Virus record (IMG/VR): IMGVR_UViG_3300030116_004255
Coordinates: 1 to 64,000 of that record
DNA from: a virus
Strand: one strand, 5' to 3'
Length of the DNA stretch: 64,000 nt
Shown here in pieces: positions 1 through 10,148 of this stretch (the first letter of the stretch is position 1; the number at the start of each line of letters is the position of its first letter). A program made the translations under genes and the position numbers. The notes below the pieces were generated by a model, which was not told the DNA's origin, made no database searches, and saw only the letters and a program-made list of their open reading frames with translations.

Positions 1-1118
1 TTATCTACCCACGGTAAAGTAAACTCTGTCGTTGAAGTGTCAGTAGATCTATAAACTTCAGCCCAAGTATTAGCACTGTAATCAGCGTCATAAGTAGTAG
101 CGATCAAAACTCTATATCCACCTATGGCGGTACCATTATCGGCTGGTGTGTCCCAGTCCACCTTTACACCGCTTGTAGTTTCTGTAATTGTATAATTACT
201 TCCTACACCGTTTGGTGTTGGTGGTGTATTAGATACTTGCAATTCTGTTGTAGCTGAGGCCGAACTGTAAATACTGTTTTCATTGTCATATCCAACAATA
301 TAAAATTTGTAAGTATCGTCTGGTAATGAACTGTAAGGTATCGTACACTCTGTCACTAACACTGTACATATAATTTGTGCATTTTGTTGATTGTCTACTT
401 GGTAATAATATACTTCCCAACTTTCTGCTACTTGATTACCAGTGTCAGTAGCGTCCCAATCAATCAAAACTCCTGTTCCATAAGTTTGTGAGGAAGTCAC
501 ATTTATAGGTGCGCCCAATACTGGAGGTTGAGTAGTGGTTGTTGTAGTAGCAGCAAAACTACCAGTAGATACAGCATCGTCATATTGAAAATACATATCG
601 TCAAAGCTAGACCAATCGTGTATGTCAATAACAAACTTGGTAATAAATTTATCTGTATTGTTTTCATCTGCATTGTTATCAGTAAAAGATTTGTAAAATG
701 TGTCATACATATCTGCACCATTACTTCCATAAGACTGTGCAGTCTTGTTTTCTGTTTCGGTTGTATTATCTGAATAATGGAAAGTGACTGAATATGCTTG
801 ATTTACTGCACCTACTTCAAAACCTACTTCATATACATCTATATCGCTAGAAAATTCAAAAGTATATTCGTGTGTACAACCACTATGAACTTGATGACAC
901 AAACTTAGAAATTGTCCCTGCGTTCCGTAATTACTACTTTCTGTATAAACAGTATTGTGTGAACTACCATCTTCTCTTGTAATAGTAAAATAGCCATCCC
1001 AATCTTGATCACTAAAACCCTCGTTTACTGTGACTTCAGTTGCAACTGCTATTGGAAAAGGATATATCAGTAAGCCAACAATTAATAAACGAACTAAGGT
1101 ATTGAACTTACGAAGCAC
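1..1118 (-). CDS. Secreted/surface protein with fibronectin type III-like domains (3' end runs off the window)
   Basis: Not in the ORF track. Hand translation from GTG at 1118 is open to the window edge: MLRKFNTLVRLLIVGLLIYPFPIAVA (signal peptide-like), Thr linker (AATTTTTTQPP), and two FN3-like units (GVLIDWD...YKFYIVGY; GVKVDWDTPADNGTAIGGYRV). Confidence 0.7.
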   Translation of the reverse strand, partial: MLRKFNTLVRLLIVGLLIYPFPIAVATEVTVNEGFSDQDWDGYFTITREDGSSHNTVYTESSNYGTQGQFLSLCHQVHSGCTHEYTFEFSSDIDVYEVGFEVGAVNQAYSVTFHYSDNTTETENKTAQSYGSNGADMYDTFYKSFTDNNADENNTDKFITKFVIDIHDWSSFDDMYFQYDDAVSTGSFAATTTTTTQPPVLGAPINVTSSQTYGTGVLIDWDATDTGNQVAESWEVYYYQVDNQQNAQIICTVLVTECTIPYSSLPDDTYKFYIVGYDNENSIYSSASATTELQVSNTPPTPNGVGSNYTITETTSGVKVDWDTPADNGTAIGGYRVLIATTYDADYSANTWAEVYRSTDTSTTEFTLPWVD

Positions 1119-1132
1119 TCTCTCATCACTTC

Positions 1133-1477
1133 CTACCTCTTCCCACCATCATATATAGTTGCGTGTCCTTCTTTTACAAGAAGATCATTTATATTTACTT
1201 TGTCTTTATAAATTACACCTAAAACACGACCATATTTACCAACGCCAAAAGATTGCATTTCTAGATCTGATTTTTCGTCTGTTAGAAGTTCGATAAGTCT
1301 AGCTTTAGCCGCAAGTCCCAGGGCTTTTTCTTCGAGATCTCTAGTTCTAGACTCAGGTGCGTTAATTCCCTGGAGCCTAACACGAGATTTATGCCACACA
1401 TCAAAACCCAAATCAATTCTAACATCAACGGTATCTCCATCTACTACCTTTAATACTTCTATTTTATAATAATACAT
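1133..1477 (-). CDS. Thermonuclease (SNase-like) family nuclease
   Basis: VVDGDTV, RVRLQGINAPES, GKYGRVLG and LVKEGHA motifs. Confidence 0.9.
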   Translation of the reverse strand: MYYYKIEVLKVVDGDTVDVRIDLGFDVWHKSRVRLQGINAPESRTRDLEEKALGLAAKARLIELLTDEKSDLEMQSFGVGKYGRVLGVIYKDKVNINDLLVKEGHATIYDGGKR

Positions 1478-1538
1478 AAATGATCTCCTATATAGTAAAG
1501 GGGGAAATAATCCCCCTAAACCATAAAATTTTGTTTAA

Positions 1539-1763
1539 TTAGCCTTTAGGCATATTAGACATAAATTTGAAAGGTGCTTCTTCTAAAACATTTTGCAATG
1601 CTGAGAAAAACGCAGCACCACCTGCTACTACTGCACCTTCAACGACTGACATATCTAGCCAGCCTGATTGAGCAGCTAGTATTACTCCAAGACCTGCTTG
1701 TAGTCCAGTTCTTACTGCTCTAATTAATGACACTTTAAAAGCGTCTGTTAATTCCCAATTCAT
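1539..1763 (-). CDS. Holin (actinophage type)
   Basis: Two hydrophobic helices and RAVRTGLQA motif, directly after the endolysin. Likely start is MNWEL at 1763, with AGGAG upstream. Confidence 0.7.
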   Translation of the reverse strand: MNWELTDAFKVSLIRAVRTGLQAGLGVILAAQSGWLDMSVVEGAVVAGGAAFFSALQNVLEEAPFKFMSNMPKG

Positions 1764-1773
1764 ATTGGATCTC

Positions 1774-2571
1774 CTAACTTTCTTTTGCAAAAGAAATGTC
1801 CCAAGTTTTTTTACCTAAGACACCATCTTGTTGTAGCCCAAACTCTTTTTGAAGTTCGAGTACCTTTTTCCTAGATCCATTCCCATACCAACCGTCAGGA
1901 CTTAAACCAACAGCTTTCTGCCATTCTTTTAGTTCATCTGATTGAATCATAGGTACTTGTACCTTATAGTATATTCCTGGCCATTTAGGAAAATCTTTAG
2001 AAAAATCATAAACTTCTGTTTCTGGCTTTGGTTGATCAGTAGGACTTACAGAGTAAACTGGCTCATTTCCAGATACAGCAATGTACTCATTGTCACCTGT
2101 GTCGTCAAAATCTACATACTTGACCATAACTTTTTCACCAGACAATATTGCATCTCTCACTTTTGGATATACAAATTTATATGCTGAAACGCTACTTCCC
2201 ACCCAGCCGTCAGGTTTTATCAAATTACTTTCTTGATTTTGTCCTAAAATTAAACAACCACTGGTCGCCTCGTCATTATTACCTGTGTGCCAAAGAATAT
2301 ATTCGAAATTAGGGACATTATTGACATAGATCATGCCACGATGCCAGTCAGGTCCATATTTCTTTAAGTAGCGTGAGTGAAAGCCACCTTCGCTACGAAG
2401 CGTTAATTCATACACACCAGCAGGTATTCTGGTTTCATGTTTCTGCTTAACAGCCCTATATTCGTCCTCAACCGTGTAGCAGAGGAATTTTCGTTTATTG
2501 TCTGTTATATCAAATAGTATTCCACTAGTGGAATCTTTTTGTGAACTTATCCTTAATACTTCTAAAAACAT
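1774..2571 (-). CDS. Endolysin: DUF5675-like catalytic domain plus C-terminal peptidoglycan-binding domain
   Basis: CYTVED...RIPAGVY...ILWHTGN...TSGCLILG motif; C-terminal WQKAVGLSPDGWYG...QKEFGLQQDGVLGKKTW. Confidence 0.8.
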   Translation of the reverse strand: MFLEVLRISSQKDSTSGILFDITDNKRKFLCYTVEDEYRAVKQKHETRIPAGVYELTLRSEGGFHSRYLKKYGPDWHRGMIYVNNVPNFEYILWHTGNNDEATSGCLILGQNQESNLIKPDGWVGSSVSAYKFVYPKVRDAILSGEKVMVKYVDFDDTGDNEYIAVSGNEPVYSVSPTDQPKPETEVYDFSKDFPKWPGIYYKVQVPMIQSDELKEWQKAVGLSPDGWYGNGSRKKVLELQKEFGLQQDGVLGKKTWDISFAKES

Positions 2572-2611
2572 ACAATTTCATCATAAATGATGTAAATGTC
2601 GTTTCAGGTAT

Positions 2612-3853
2612 TTAACTCTCGAAAGGAAAATATTCTTCGTTTCTTACAAAATATCCGCCAGATTTACTACTAATTGTAAAGCTGACCTGTCCTGGTGGTG
2701 CTTCATCCCCAGTCATATCTTTAAACCACTTAGATCCGTCGTCCATTGACGGTGCTTGTATAAACCATCTACCACGATTTGGATATTTTATATAGTGATG
2801 AAAATGTCCCCATACAAGTAGATCAGCGTCGCCAATAGGTGCGCGCCCCATACATTGACCAGCAAACCACTTTATTCCTTTATCAAAAGCAAATCTACCA
2901 GTTTTCACTGAAACTCCAGATCTAAATTGGTGGCCGTGAGCAAATCCAACTATCTTTCCTGATATTTCTATTGTTGCTGATAATTCCTCTTCTGGTATGT
3001 AAAACTTAACATGACCAAATGCTTTAGGGTTTTGTTCAAGTATTTCCTGTACTTGCTCGACAACTGCAACATCGTGATTGTCTGCAAAATTAGTAAAGGT
3101 CTTACCATTATCACGATTTTCACCGTGATTACCAGCTATTGCACATACAACTACATTTTTAAATAAAGGTGACCACTCCGTAAGAGCTTTTACCATTATT
3201 CTACGAGCTACCTTAACCTGATCACGAAGATTGAGCTCGACTCCATAGGTCATGTTGGCGTAGAATCCTGCGCAATTTTCGATAATATCCCCTAAAGATA
3301 ATATGTATAAATTCTCGATCTTCTTACCACTTGCTCTTAGAGTTTCAACATGAGTTATAAAATCAGGTATCATTCTTGTCAAACGATCAACAATAGCCTC
3401 TGTACCTTTACCATCTGGTTTACCGATCTGCCAGTCACTCCAGCAAAACACAATGCTTTCGCCTTTATCAACTGCTATTTTCTTTGGTTTTTTAACTTTC
3501 TTTACTTCTTTAAGTAAAGCGTCATAATCAGGATCATCCTTTGATACTGGTTGTAGTGATTGTATCCTCGCTTTGTAGTAAAAAAGCCTAGTCCCCCCAT
3601 CAGTCGGACTGTCCCAAGATCTTACCTCAACTGGTTCTATGACCTCATATTTTTTTGGATCAAGCTCCAGTTGTTTTAAAATATCATCGTAATGATTGAT
3701 ATTGCTTTCTTTTTGTGGCTCTGATACTATTTCGCCTTTGTCACCTTTTATCCTATAACCAGGCTCAAATCCAGTTGGATGATCTCTTTTCTTTCTACCT
3801 TTAGGCTTTGGTGCATTAGATTTGTTCTTGTTGTATTCTTCAAGACTTGACAT
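2612..3853 (-). CDS. Calcineurin-like metallophosphoesterase / Mre11-like exonuclease of actinophages
   Basis: SDWQIGK, LGDIIE, GNHGE, HGHQ and GHFHH motifs. Confidence 0.85.
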   Translation of the reverse strand: MSSLEEYNKNKSNAPKPKGRKKRDHPTGFEPGYRIKGDKGEIVSEPQKESNINHYDDILKQLELDPKKYEVIEPVEVRSWDSPTDGGTRLFYYKARIQSLQPVSKDDPDYDALLKEVKKVKKPKKIAVDKGESIVFCWSDWQIGKPDGKGTEAIVDRLTRMIPDFITHVETLRASGKKIENLYILSLGDIIENCAGFYANMTYGVELNLRDQVKVARRIMVKALTEWSPLFKNVVVCAIAGNHGENRDNGKTFTNFADNHDVAVVEQVQEILEQNPKAFGHVKFYIPEEELSATIEISGKIVGFAHGHQFRSGVSVKTGRFAFDKGIKWFAGQCMGRAPIGDADLLVWGHFHHYIKYPNRGRWFIQAPSMDDGSKWFKDMTGDEAPPGQVSFTISSKSGGYFVRNEEYFPFES

Positions 3854-4079
3854 AATGTTCCATAGTGTTTCGGATAGCACATCGTATAGAGTCAACTGTT
3901 AAAGGACAATCTTTGTGTTCTTTAAGCCATTTAGCAGCAGTTGCTGCTGTGACATTACCAGACTTGACACCTTCACACGCTTCTACCCACGCAGCCCTGT
4001 TAGACTCATTTAAATCTCTCCAAGCTACTGATCCAGCTTTGCTTGGATTTGATTGTGAGTATTCTGTCAAAGAAGTCAT
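3840..4079 (-). CDS. Hypothetical protein, possible HTH
   Basis: Coupled ORF in the operon. Confidence 0.55.
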   Translation of the reverse strand: MTSLTEYSQSNPSKAGSVAWRDLNESNRAAWVEACEGVKSGNVTAATAAKWLKEHKDCPLTVDSIRCAIRNTMEHYVKS

Positions 4080-4318
4080 TACTCTTCTTCTGATTTAACT
4101 TCTGCTGGTTCTACTGGTGTCGTAGTACCACTAGAGGCCTGCAATACTTCTTGTAAAGCTCTGTTTTGAACTTTTAATTCAGAGTTTTTTAACTCTAATT
4201 GTGCAATTTTTTCAGCAGTGTCATTTAACATAGCTCTGAAAGTTTTATTTTCAGCTACTAATTTATTCACTAAATCTGCTGTTTGTTCTGCACTAAGTTG
4301 TTGCGTTTCTTCAGCCAT
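4079..4318 (-). CDS. Coiled-coil hypothetical protein
   Basis: Heptad pattern; AAGGAG RBS. Confidence 0.65.
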   Translation of the reverse strand: MAEETQQLSAEQTADLVNKLVAENKTFRAMLNDTAEKIAQLELKNSELKVQNRALQEVLQASSGTTTPVEPAEVKSEEE

Positions 4319-4387
4319 AAATTACTCCTTCTATATTCAGTAATATAATCAATAGTATATACTAATTAAGACAATTTTTCTGTGTTT

Positions 4388-4531
4388 TTAGGATTGTTTT
4401 ATACAACCACATTTACAATGATCTGAATTGTAAATATGCGAAAATGACTCTTCTGTGATTGTTCTTGGGGATCTAGTAGTAATTCTGCTTTTTTTAAGCA
4501 GTTCCTCTTCAAGATTATAATTACTTACCAT
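4388..4531 (-). CDS. Small 47-aa protein with C-terminal HCKCGC
   Basis: Hand translation; TATAAT 5 nt upstream of ATG (leaderless). Confidence 0.45.
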   Translation of the reverse strand: MVSNYNLEEELLKKSRITTRSPRTITEESFSHIYNSDHCKCGCIKQS

Positions 4532-4568
4532 ACTCAATTATAAACTTATAATTAGCGTTTACCGGTCT

Positions 4569-4802
4569 TTAGTCGTCACCAGCCCAGTTAGGATTACCTC
4601 TATATTCGTCATATATAGTTCTTTCATAGAGATCTTCCATAGATAAGTATATCTTTTTAGCAGTAATGTAGCCCTTTGTGATCAACCACTTATATGGCGC
4701 AGTAAATATCTTGTTTTCCCACTCTAAAAACTTATCAAACACCACACATACCTTCGCACTCATCATCAAATAAAGATCCCTGATAATCTTTTGGTTCTGC
4801 AA
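4569..4802 (-). CDS. Hypothetical protein (true start probably downstream)
   Basis: Fills the gap in the minus-strand operon. Confidence 0.4.
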   Translation of the reverse strand: MQNQKIIRDLYLMMSAKVCVVFDKFLEWENKIFTAPYKWLITKGYITAKKIYLSMEDLYERTIYDEYRGNPNWAGDD

Positions 4803-5619
4803 ATGTAGCCTCTCTTAGAGGTATTTTAGATCTATATAAGTATTGCTCTGAACCATCGTCATACTTTTTAAAGTTGGTTAAGGCAGCGGACTCGGAATTA
4901 GGGTTTCTTAACCACTCGTCAAACTCAACAGCATAAGCAAACTCTTCTGGGTAATGTTCTTTTAATCGTTTCCACTCTACATCATTGTGGTATGGACAAA
5001 TAATACAAGCAGATCTTGGTGGTTTCGGATAACCCTCTTTCTGTGTCCAGTCTATTATGTCTTGTCTTGTAATTTCCTCTTGTATATATGGATAGCAGTT
5101 AACCTGCCATTTTGTCATAGGCTCTTTTACTCTTTGTATTTCGTCAAAGGAAATACCCATAACCATTTCTACATATTTATTTCTTAAATTCTTAACACCT
5201 AAAATTTCTCTAACTTTTTCTTGTATTGGCCTGATCTTGTATTCAGCAGTACAAGTCCTTCTACCAAAACCCATTTTTCCGTCTGATTTTTTTATATAAA
5301 CAGGAATTAGTGCGTATCTACCTTCCTTAGCTTTGTAGTCGTTAATTATATGTCCTGTATTCATAGAGTTTCTTACAACTTCAAACTCAACACGGCCTTT
5401 CATTATCTTTTTTAAATATTTAAGCCACTCGTAAACTTCTTTAGGCTCATTACCAGTATCAGCAAACATTGCAATATCGACTGGTTCTATTTCTTCTCTA
5501 AGTAATTTAAAAACTAAAGCAGAGCTTTGTACTCCAGCACCTAAAGATAAAACTCTTAGATCTCGATCTCTTTCTAGTGTTTTTTCGTCACCAACTTTTA
5601 ATTCCTGCATATAAGCCAT
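4735..5619 (-). CDS. PAPS-reductase-like (PP-loop adenine nucleotide alpha-hydrolase) Fe-S protein
   Basis: LSLGAGVQS PP-loop, FADTGNE, RTCTAEYKIRP, PRSACIICPY and C-terminal ECEGMCGV. Confidence 0.8.
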   Translation of the reverse strand: MAYMQELKVGDEKTLERDRDLRVLSLGAGVQSSALVFKLLREEIEPVDIAMFADTGNEPKEVYEWLKYLKKIMKGRVEFEVVRNSMNTGHIINDYKAKEGRYALIPVYIKKSDGKMGFGRRTCTAEYKIRPIQEKVREILGVKNLRNKYVEMVMGISFDEIQRVKEPMTKWQVNCYPYIQEEITRQDIIDWTQKEGYPKPPRSACIICPYHNDVEWKRLKEHYPEEFAYAVEFDEWLRNPNSESAALTNFKKYDDGSEQYLYRSKIPLREATFAEPKDYQGSLFDDECEGMCGV

Positions 5620-5620
5620 A

Positions 5621-5869
5621 TCAGTTCCCCTCTATAAATATACACTCTCCTGGACACTCCTCCGCAGACTCAATAACCAAACTTTCTTTACCTTTAGGAA
5701 CAACAGCTTGACCTTCTGCCCCCTGTGGATTACCGAGATCTTCTGCAAATATTTTGTCACCCTCTTTAACATAAGCTAGTCCATCATTTTGCATTACAAA
5801 AACTTCTGGACATATCTCTGCACATAAACCATCTCCTGTACATAAATCTTGATCAATCCAAACTTTCAT
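5621..5869 (-). CDS. Ferredoxin (3Fe-4S/4Fe-4S, actinobacterial type)
   Basis: IDQDLCTGDGLCAEICPEVF...AEECPGECI. Confidence 0.9.
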   Translation of the reverse strand: MKVWIDQDLCTGDGLCAEICPEVFVMQNDGLAYVKEGDKIFAEDLGNPQGAEGQAVVPKGKESLVIESAEECPGECIFIEGN

Positions 5870-6605
5870 TTTTGTTTCTTCTTGTTATTTCCCTATATCC
5901 GCCTGTAAACTTAGATCTTAATCGAAAAGACTCATTATCTATGGCTTTGTGTTCAGTATCACTAAAAAGCTCCACCGCTAACTCAGTTTTTTCTCTTTTA
6001 AACGGTATGCAGTGTAAAAAAGGTGTTCCTCTTTTAATAATAGTGTCACCTTCAGCATGCCAGATACTAGGAAAATTTACTTGATGGAAACTGTCTGTTT
6101 CAACAATTCCAGGAATTACGGTAAAGTCGTCATTTTTATGTAATAAAGGTGGTATAAAAAGTGTTGACCAACCTGGTGGTGTCCAAAAAAACCAGGGACT
6201 AGTAAATTTTACAGCTCTTTTATAATCGCTATCTTCAAGAGGATAAGTAGAAAACTGCTCATTGTCGTGAAATTCTATATGACTGCTTGGTAAGTTTATT
6301 TGGTTTGTTTCAAAATGAAATGTATCACCGTGTCTTTGTACCAGCATGTCGTACCACATAGGTATAATGTATCCCTGCGTAAAGTAGTCAACAACTGCTG
6401 GACATTTTTTAATTGTATGACTGTTGTAATCTTTAAGCATTTCCCCCATTTTTGGAAATGGTTGTATATCTAGTCTAGCTAGATCAAGTGGTAAGTTTTG
6501 GAACCAATCAGGGATCATCTGTCCTGCTGGTACTGGTGGTGCAGTGTCAATTAAAGCTGGCGACATAGTTGCAAACTTTATTTCATTTTTTTTAATCCAT
6601 TTCAT
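5853..6605 (-). CDS. DUF6065-like (dUTPase-like beta-clip) protein, paralog 1
   Basis: KKCPAVVDYFTQGYIIPMW, PW.FWTPPGWS, PGIVETD and RGTPFL..IPFKRE shared with 7915 and 25421. Confidence 0.6.
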   Translation of the reverse strand: MKWIKKNEIKFATMSPALIDTAPPVPAGQMIPDWFQNLPLDLARLDIQPFPKMGEMLKDYNSHTIKKCPAVVDYFTQGYIIPMWYDMLVQRHGDTFHFETNQINLPSSHIEFHDNEQFSTYPLEDSDYKRAVKFTSPWFFWTPPGWSTLFIPPLLHKNDDFTVIPGIVETDSFHQVNFPSIWHAEGDTIIKRGTPFLHCIPFKREKTELAVELFSDTEHKAIDNESFRLRSKFTGGYREITRRNKNESLD

Positions 6606-7110
6606 TTATACCTCTTTTAAAAAACCAATGATCAGGCTCCGCATAATGCAAAAACAACATACCAACTTGATTTGTTTCTGGATTAGGGAACTTTGATCTC
6701 CAATGCTCTTGATCTTCACCATAAAAAGCTAAGGCCTGATTGTCCCCTAAAGTATATTCTTTACCCTCTACATATAAAGGCCACGGTGTATTTTGATACA
6801 AACACAGATCTAAAGTATATGTACAAGCGTTATCGTCTTTATGTGGTAATAACTCTGCCTCTGTACCTTCGTAATGTGCAAACAATATGTAAGTCTTTTT
6901 TAAAGTATCAGAGTTAAATATTTTTTTAGCTTTTTGTTCTACGCTTGACAAATATGTGCGCATTTCTGGATAATCGTAATCAGATACAGAATATCGACCA
7001 AAATAACTATCATAACTAAATGTCTTATGTTTACTTTTAAGTAGATTTCTAACATAATTAAAACTACCAAAATCTAGTAGGCTATCAATAACCTTTACTT
7101 CTTGAACCAT
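6592..7110 (-). CDS. 2OG-Fe(II) oxygenase
   Basis: HKD...EHWR...LHY facial-triad pattern. Confidence 0.8.
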   Translation of the reverse strand: MVQEVKVIDSLLDFGSFNYVRNLLKSKHKTFSYDSYFGRYSVSDYDYPEMRTYLSSVEQKAKKIFNSDTLKKTYILFAHYEGTEAELLPHKDDNACTYTLDLCLYQNTPWPLYVEGKEYTLGDNQALAFYGEDQEHWRSKFPNPETNQVGMLFLHYAEPDHWFFKRGINEMD

Positions 7111-7928
7111 TTTTTCTTCGGTAATAATTTTTTTGGTCTACGAGCAAGTGCGTCAGTGTATAAAGTATTTGTTTCTCTTCTGTTTATTGCTGAACCTACA
7201 ATCATATTCCATCTTTTACTAAATTTTTCGTTCCACTCTACAAACTCTATTTTCACTGGTTTAGAAAAGAGTATGTTAAACATTACAGTATCGTGGTTTA
7301 ATTCAAGTGTATCTTGTGTTGTGTCTGTCCACTCAAAAGCCCAAGATAAACCCCTAGTCCAAGCGTGTATAGGCATAAAACCACCAATTAAAGATATTGG
7401 TAGATTTTTACCTGCGTTTCTATCACTAGGCACTACATCAAGCCAAACTTCTGGATCATCTGTAAAAAACATAAAAGGCATAGTTATTTGCATAACAGGT
7501 TGATTAGGATTAGCCCAGGCCTCTTTTTCCTCCATAATTACATCATTAAAAGGTCCGTGATGTTTTACAGCACCGTGATAATTAGCAGAAAAATTAAAAC
7601 CACCAAAACGATCAACCTCGTCAGCAAATTGATTTTTACCTAAATTTACTTTTACATGACTATAAGGGAAGTACATTTCATAAAGTCTATTTCTTTGAAA
7701 CTGTGTAGATACACAACCATTTGGAGCTTTTACAAACTTACGAGGCATACCATAATTAATTACAGGGATACTTCTTTCTTCTTCGTGTTCCTTACCAGCT
7801 ACATCTGCAAGTGGTTGAGGTATTGTAAATGCAACGACTGGTAAATTTCTATTACTTTCCCTTAATGGTTTTTCCCAAATACTTGCTATATCAGGTATTT
7901 TTATTGGGCATTTGTTAAATAATCCCAT
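7095..7928 (-). CDS. Divergent DUF6065-like paralog
   Basis: Weaker GC...GGFMPIHAWTRGL similarity; likely start MGLFNK at 7928. Confidence 0.45.
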   Translation of the reverse strand: MGLFNKCPIKIPDIASIWEKPLRESNRNLPVVAFTIPQPLADVAGKEHEEERSIPVINYGMPRKFVKAPNGCVSTQFQRNRLYEMYFPYSHVKVNLGKNQFADEVDRFGGFNFSANYHGAVKHHGPFNDVIMEEKEAWANPNQPVMQITMPFMFFTDDPEVWLDVVPSDRNAGKNLPISLIGGFMPIHAWTRGLSWAFEWTDTTQDTLELNHDTVMFNILFSKPVKIEFVEWNEKFSKRWNMIVGSAINRRETNTLYTDALARRPKKLLPKKKWFKK

Positions 7929-8727
7929 CTTCTTCCCACCTCTTTCTATTTTTTTGAGTAAGCCAACGGTAATAACCGTTTTGTCTAGTTCTTTCCGCAG
8001 CCCTACTCTTATCATAATATTCTTTATCTTGTTCGTCCATAACCCTTACATCTAAATTTGGTAGAGTTTCTCTTTTAAATGGTATAACTTGTATCAATGG
8101 CATACCCTGTCTAAATATTCTTTCACCTGTACCGTGATAGATAAAAGGTATATTCATTTGATGATATGAGTCTGTTTCAACTAAAGCTGGCATAATTTCT
8201 AGATCTAGATTTCTGTGATACCACGGATCTACTATCATAACAGACCAACCTGGAGGTGTGACTATATCCCAGGGATTTTCAAATTTTAGAGCAGTATTAA
8301 ATGAGTGTTCTAAGTAAGGCATCTCACCTATTGATTTGCGATCATGGAAAGTTATTGTGTTTTCAAAAGCGTGTTTGTTATACCAGTTCAAACCAGTTTC
8401 TTTTGTATGATCTATTTTTAAATCCAGCCACAGGGGTATGATGTATCCTTCATACATTATATCTTTAACACTAGGACACTTTTTAAGTGAGTTATCCTTA
8501 TATGGAACAGTATTCCAACTTTCATCTTTCAAAGCACCGTCTTTACCGTCACGCATTTCAGTCCACTCACGCTGTAAATTTTTATACCAAGCTGGTACAA
8601 ACTCTTTAGCTGGTCTTGGCGGTGCTAGATCAATATACTCTGGTTTCTGTGTTAAAAATTCTATTGTATCAAATTTTAGTTTGTGCTTTTTTGTTTCTAA
8701 AAATCTGTTGTACTTTTTCCCCATCAC
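7915..8727 (-). CDS. DUF6065-like protein, paralog 2
   Basis: LKKCPSVKD...GYIIPLW, NPWDIVTPPGWS, ETDSYH and QVIPFKRE. Confidence 0.6.
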   Translation of the reverse strand: MMGKKYNRFLETKKHKLKFDTIEFLTQKPEYIDLAPPRPAKEFVPAWYKNLQREWTEMRDGKDGALKDESWNTVPYKDNSLKKCPSVKDIMYEGYIIPLWLDLKIDHTKETGLNWYNKHAFENTITFHDRKSIGEMPYLEHSFNTALKFENPWDIVTPPGWSVMIVDPWYHRNLDLEIMPALVETDSYHQMNIPFIYHGTGERIFRQGMPLIQVIPFKRETLPNLDVRVMDEQDKEYYDKSRAAERTRQNGYYRWLTQKNRKRWEEDGII

Positions 8728-8734
8728 TATATTC

Positions 8735-9442
8735 CTACTCCAGTAATAGATCCGCAGTCATTACTGCTTGTAAGTGATCTTCAGTTTGAGCAGTAAATTG
8801 TTCTTTTAGTGATATTGTGTCATCAGACTCCCAGTGAATAATATTTACACTAGAAAAATTACTTTGCAAATATGAAATAGCAGTATTAAGAGAAGTTATC
8901 AGATCAGGCCTCCAATTTATTACTACTTTTACACCAGTATTGTTTGCAATAGTAGTTTCTGCACCTTTTAGTACATCTAACTCTTGTCCATTTACATTTA
9001 TAACAATTAGATCAAGATCGGTTAGTCCTAAACTATCAACCGTAATAATATCTACTTCTTCATTTGCGTCACCAAAAATTAGATCTAACAAAGCACCAGA
9101 TTTATTGTCTGCAAAATAATACATATTACCTGTACCGCTCTCATTACTACAAGCCTTTTCTATATTTGTTGCAGTATCAAAATTACCATTCAATATAGTA
9201 AACCTTTCGCTTACTGGTTCTATATTTATAGTTTCAACAGACTCAGCTTCCAATATACCAGTTGCTACACCTACACCAGCACCCACAATTAGTGCTTTTG
9301 AAAAGCTACTTGCATTTTCTTTAAGCCAAAACTCAACAGACGGATTTATGTGTCCAAGTAAATCTACTCTTCCAAATTCTGTATGGTCAGTTTCGTCAAT
9401 ATTAATAGTTATACCATTTCTAAATAGTTGTGATTGTGTCAT
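8735..9442 (-). CDS. FkbM-family methyltransferase (degenerate motifs)
   Basis: IVGAGVG, IEPV, ITVDSL and DLIVINVNGQELDVLKGA (canonical KIDVEGxE altered). Confidence 0.65.
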   Translation of the reverse strand: MTQSQLFRNGITINIDETDHTEFGRVDLLGHINPSVEFWLKENASSFSKALIVGAGVGVATGILEAESVETINIEPVSERFTILNGNFDTATNIEKACSNESGTGNMYYFADNKSGALLDLIFGDANEEVDIITVDSLGLTDLDLIVINVNGQELDVLKGAETTIANNTGVKVVINWRPDLITSLNTAISYLQSNFSSVNIIHWESDDTISLKEQFTAQTEDHLQAVMTADLLLE

Positions 9443-9446
9443 AAAT

Positions 9447-10148
9447 CTATCCTAACATTTCTTGTGGTAAATTAGAACCTTCTGGAAAGTACATAGGTGG
9501 CATACCATCAAAGTCTAACTTATGTCCTAACCAAGTCACGATAGCATACTTAGTACCACTAATAACAGGCATAGCTTGATGTGCGTAAGCCCAATTACTT
9601 GGAAACAATACTAGTGCTGGTTTTTCTGGTTTTACCATTTCGTCAAAGTGAGTAAAGTATGTACCACCACCCTGATATTCAGAGGGGTTTAAAAGTATTA
9701 GCGCTGATAAATGACGAGGGTTATGTGGTGCATAATCACAGTGAGCTTTATACTCTTGTCCACCCTGATAACGCAATAATGTATATCCTTCGTCAAAATG
9801 TATATTCACTTCATACTTATTACAATATTCATTTACATAATCTTGTAATTTTGTTGCTAAAAGTGTTTGTATATCTTTTAAAGCAGAAAATTCTTTATCT
9901 TTACCGTGCTTAACCATTTGTCTTACAGTCCTGTGTTCAGGTGGTAAGGTAGCATATTTACTTATAGGAAATAACTTATTACTTCTTATTTGACCGCCTT
10001 TATGTCCTTTACCTATACCTGCGTCTTCAAACTTAATTTCAATATTTTCGTCTTGATCAATGTTTTCTATAACATCTATTATTTTTTTAGACACCTCGTC
10101 ACTTAAAAAATCCTCGTATATCTCTACACAACCCATTACTATTTTCAT
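9447..10148 (-). CDS. 2OG-Fe(II) oxygenase (prolyl-4-hydroxylase-like)
   Basis: LLRY..GQEYKAHCD, YQGGGTYF and FPSNWAYAHQAMPVISGTKYAIVTW. Confidence 0.9.
   Translation of the reverse strand: MKIVMGCVEIYEDFLSDEVSKKIIDVIENIDQDENIEIKFEDAGIGKGHKGGQIRSNKLFPISKYATLPPEHRTVRQMVKHGKDKEFSALKDIQTLLATKLQDYVNEYCNKYEVNIHFDEGYTLLRYQGGQEYKAHCDYAPHNPRHLSALILLNPSEYQGGGTYFTHFDEMVKPEKPALVLFPSNWAYAHQAMPVISGTKYAIVTWLGHKLDFDGMPPMYFPEGSNLPQEMLG

Noticed and set aside
4735-5619. Dnd phosphorothioation or sulfate-assimilation system
   Set aside because: Only a lone PAPS-reductase-like gene; no DndA/B/D/E or cys partners.
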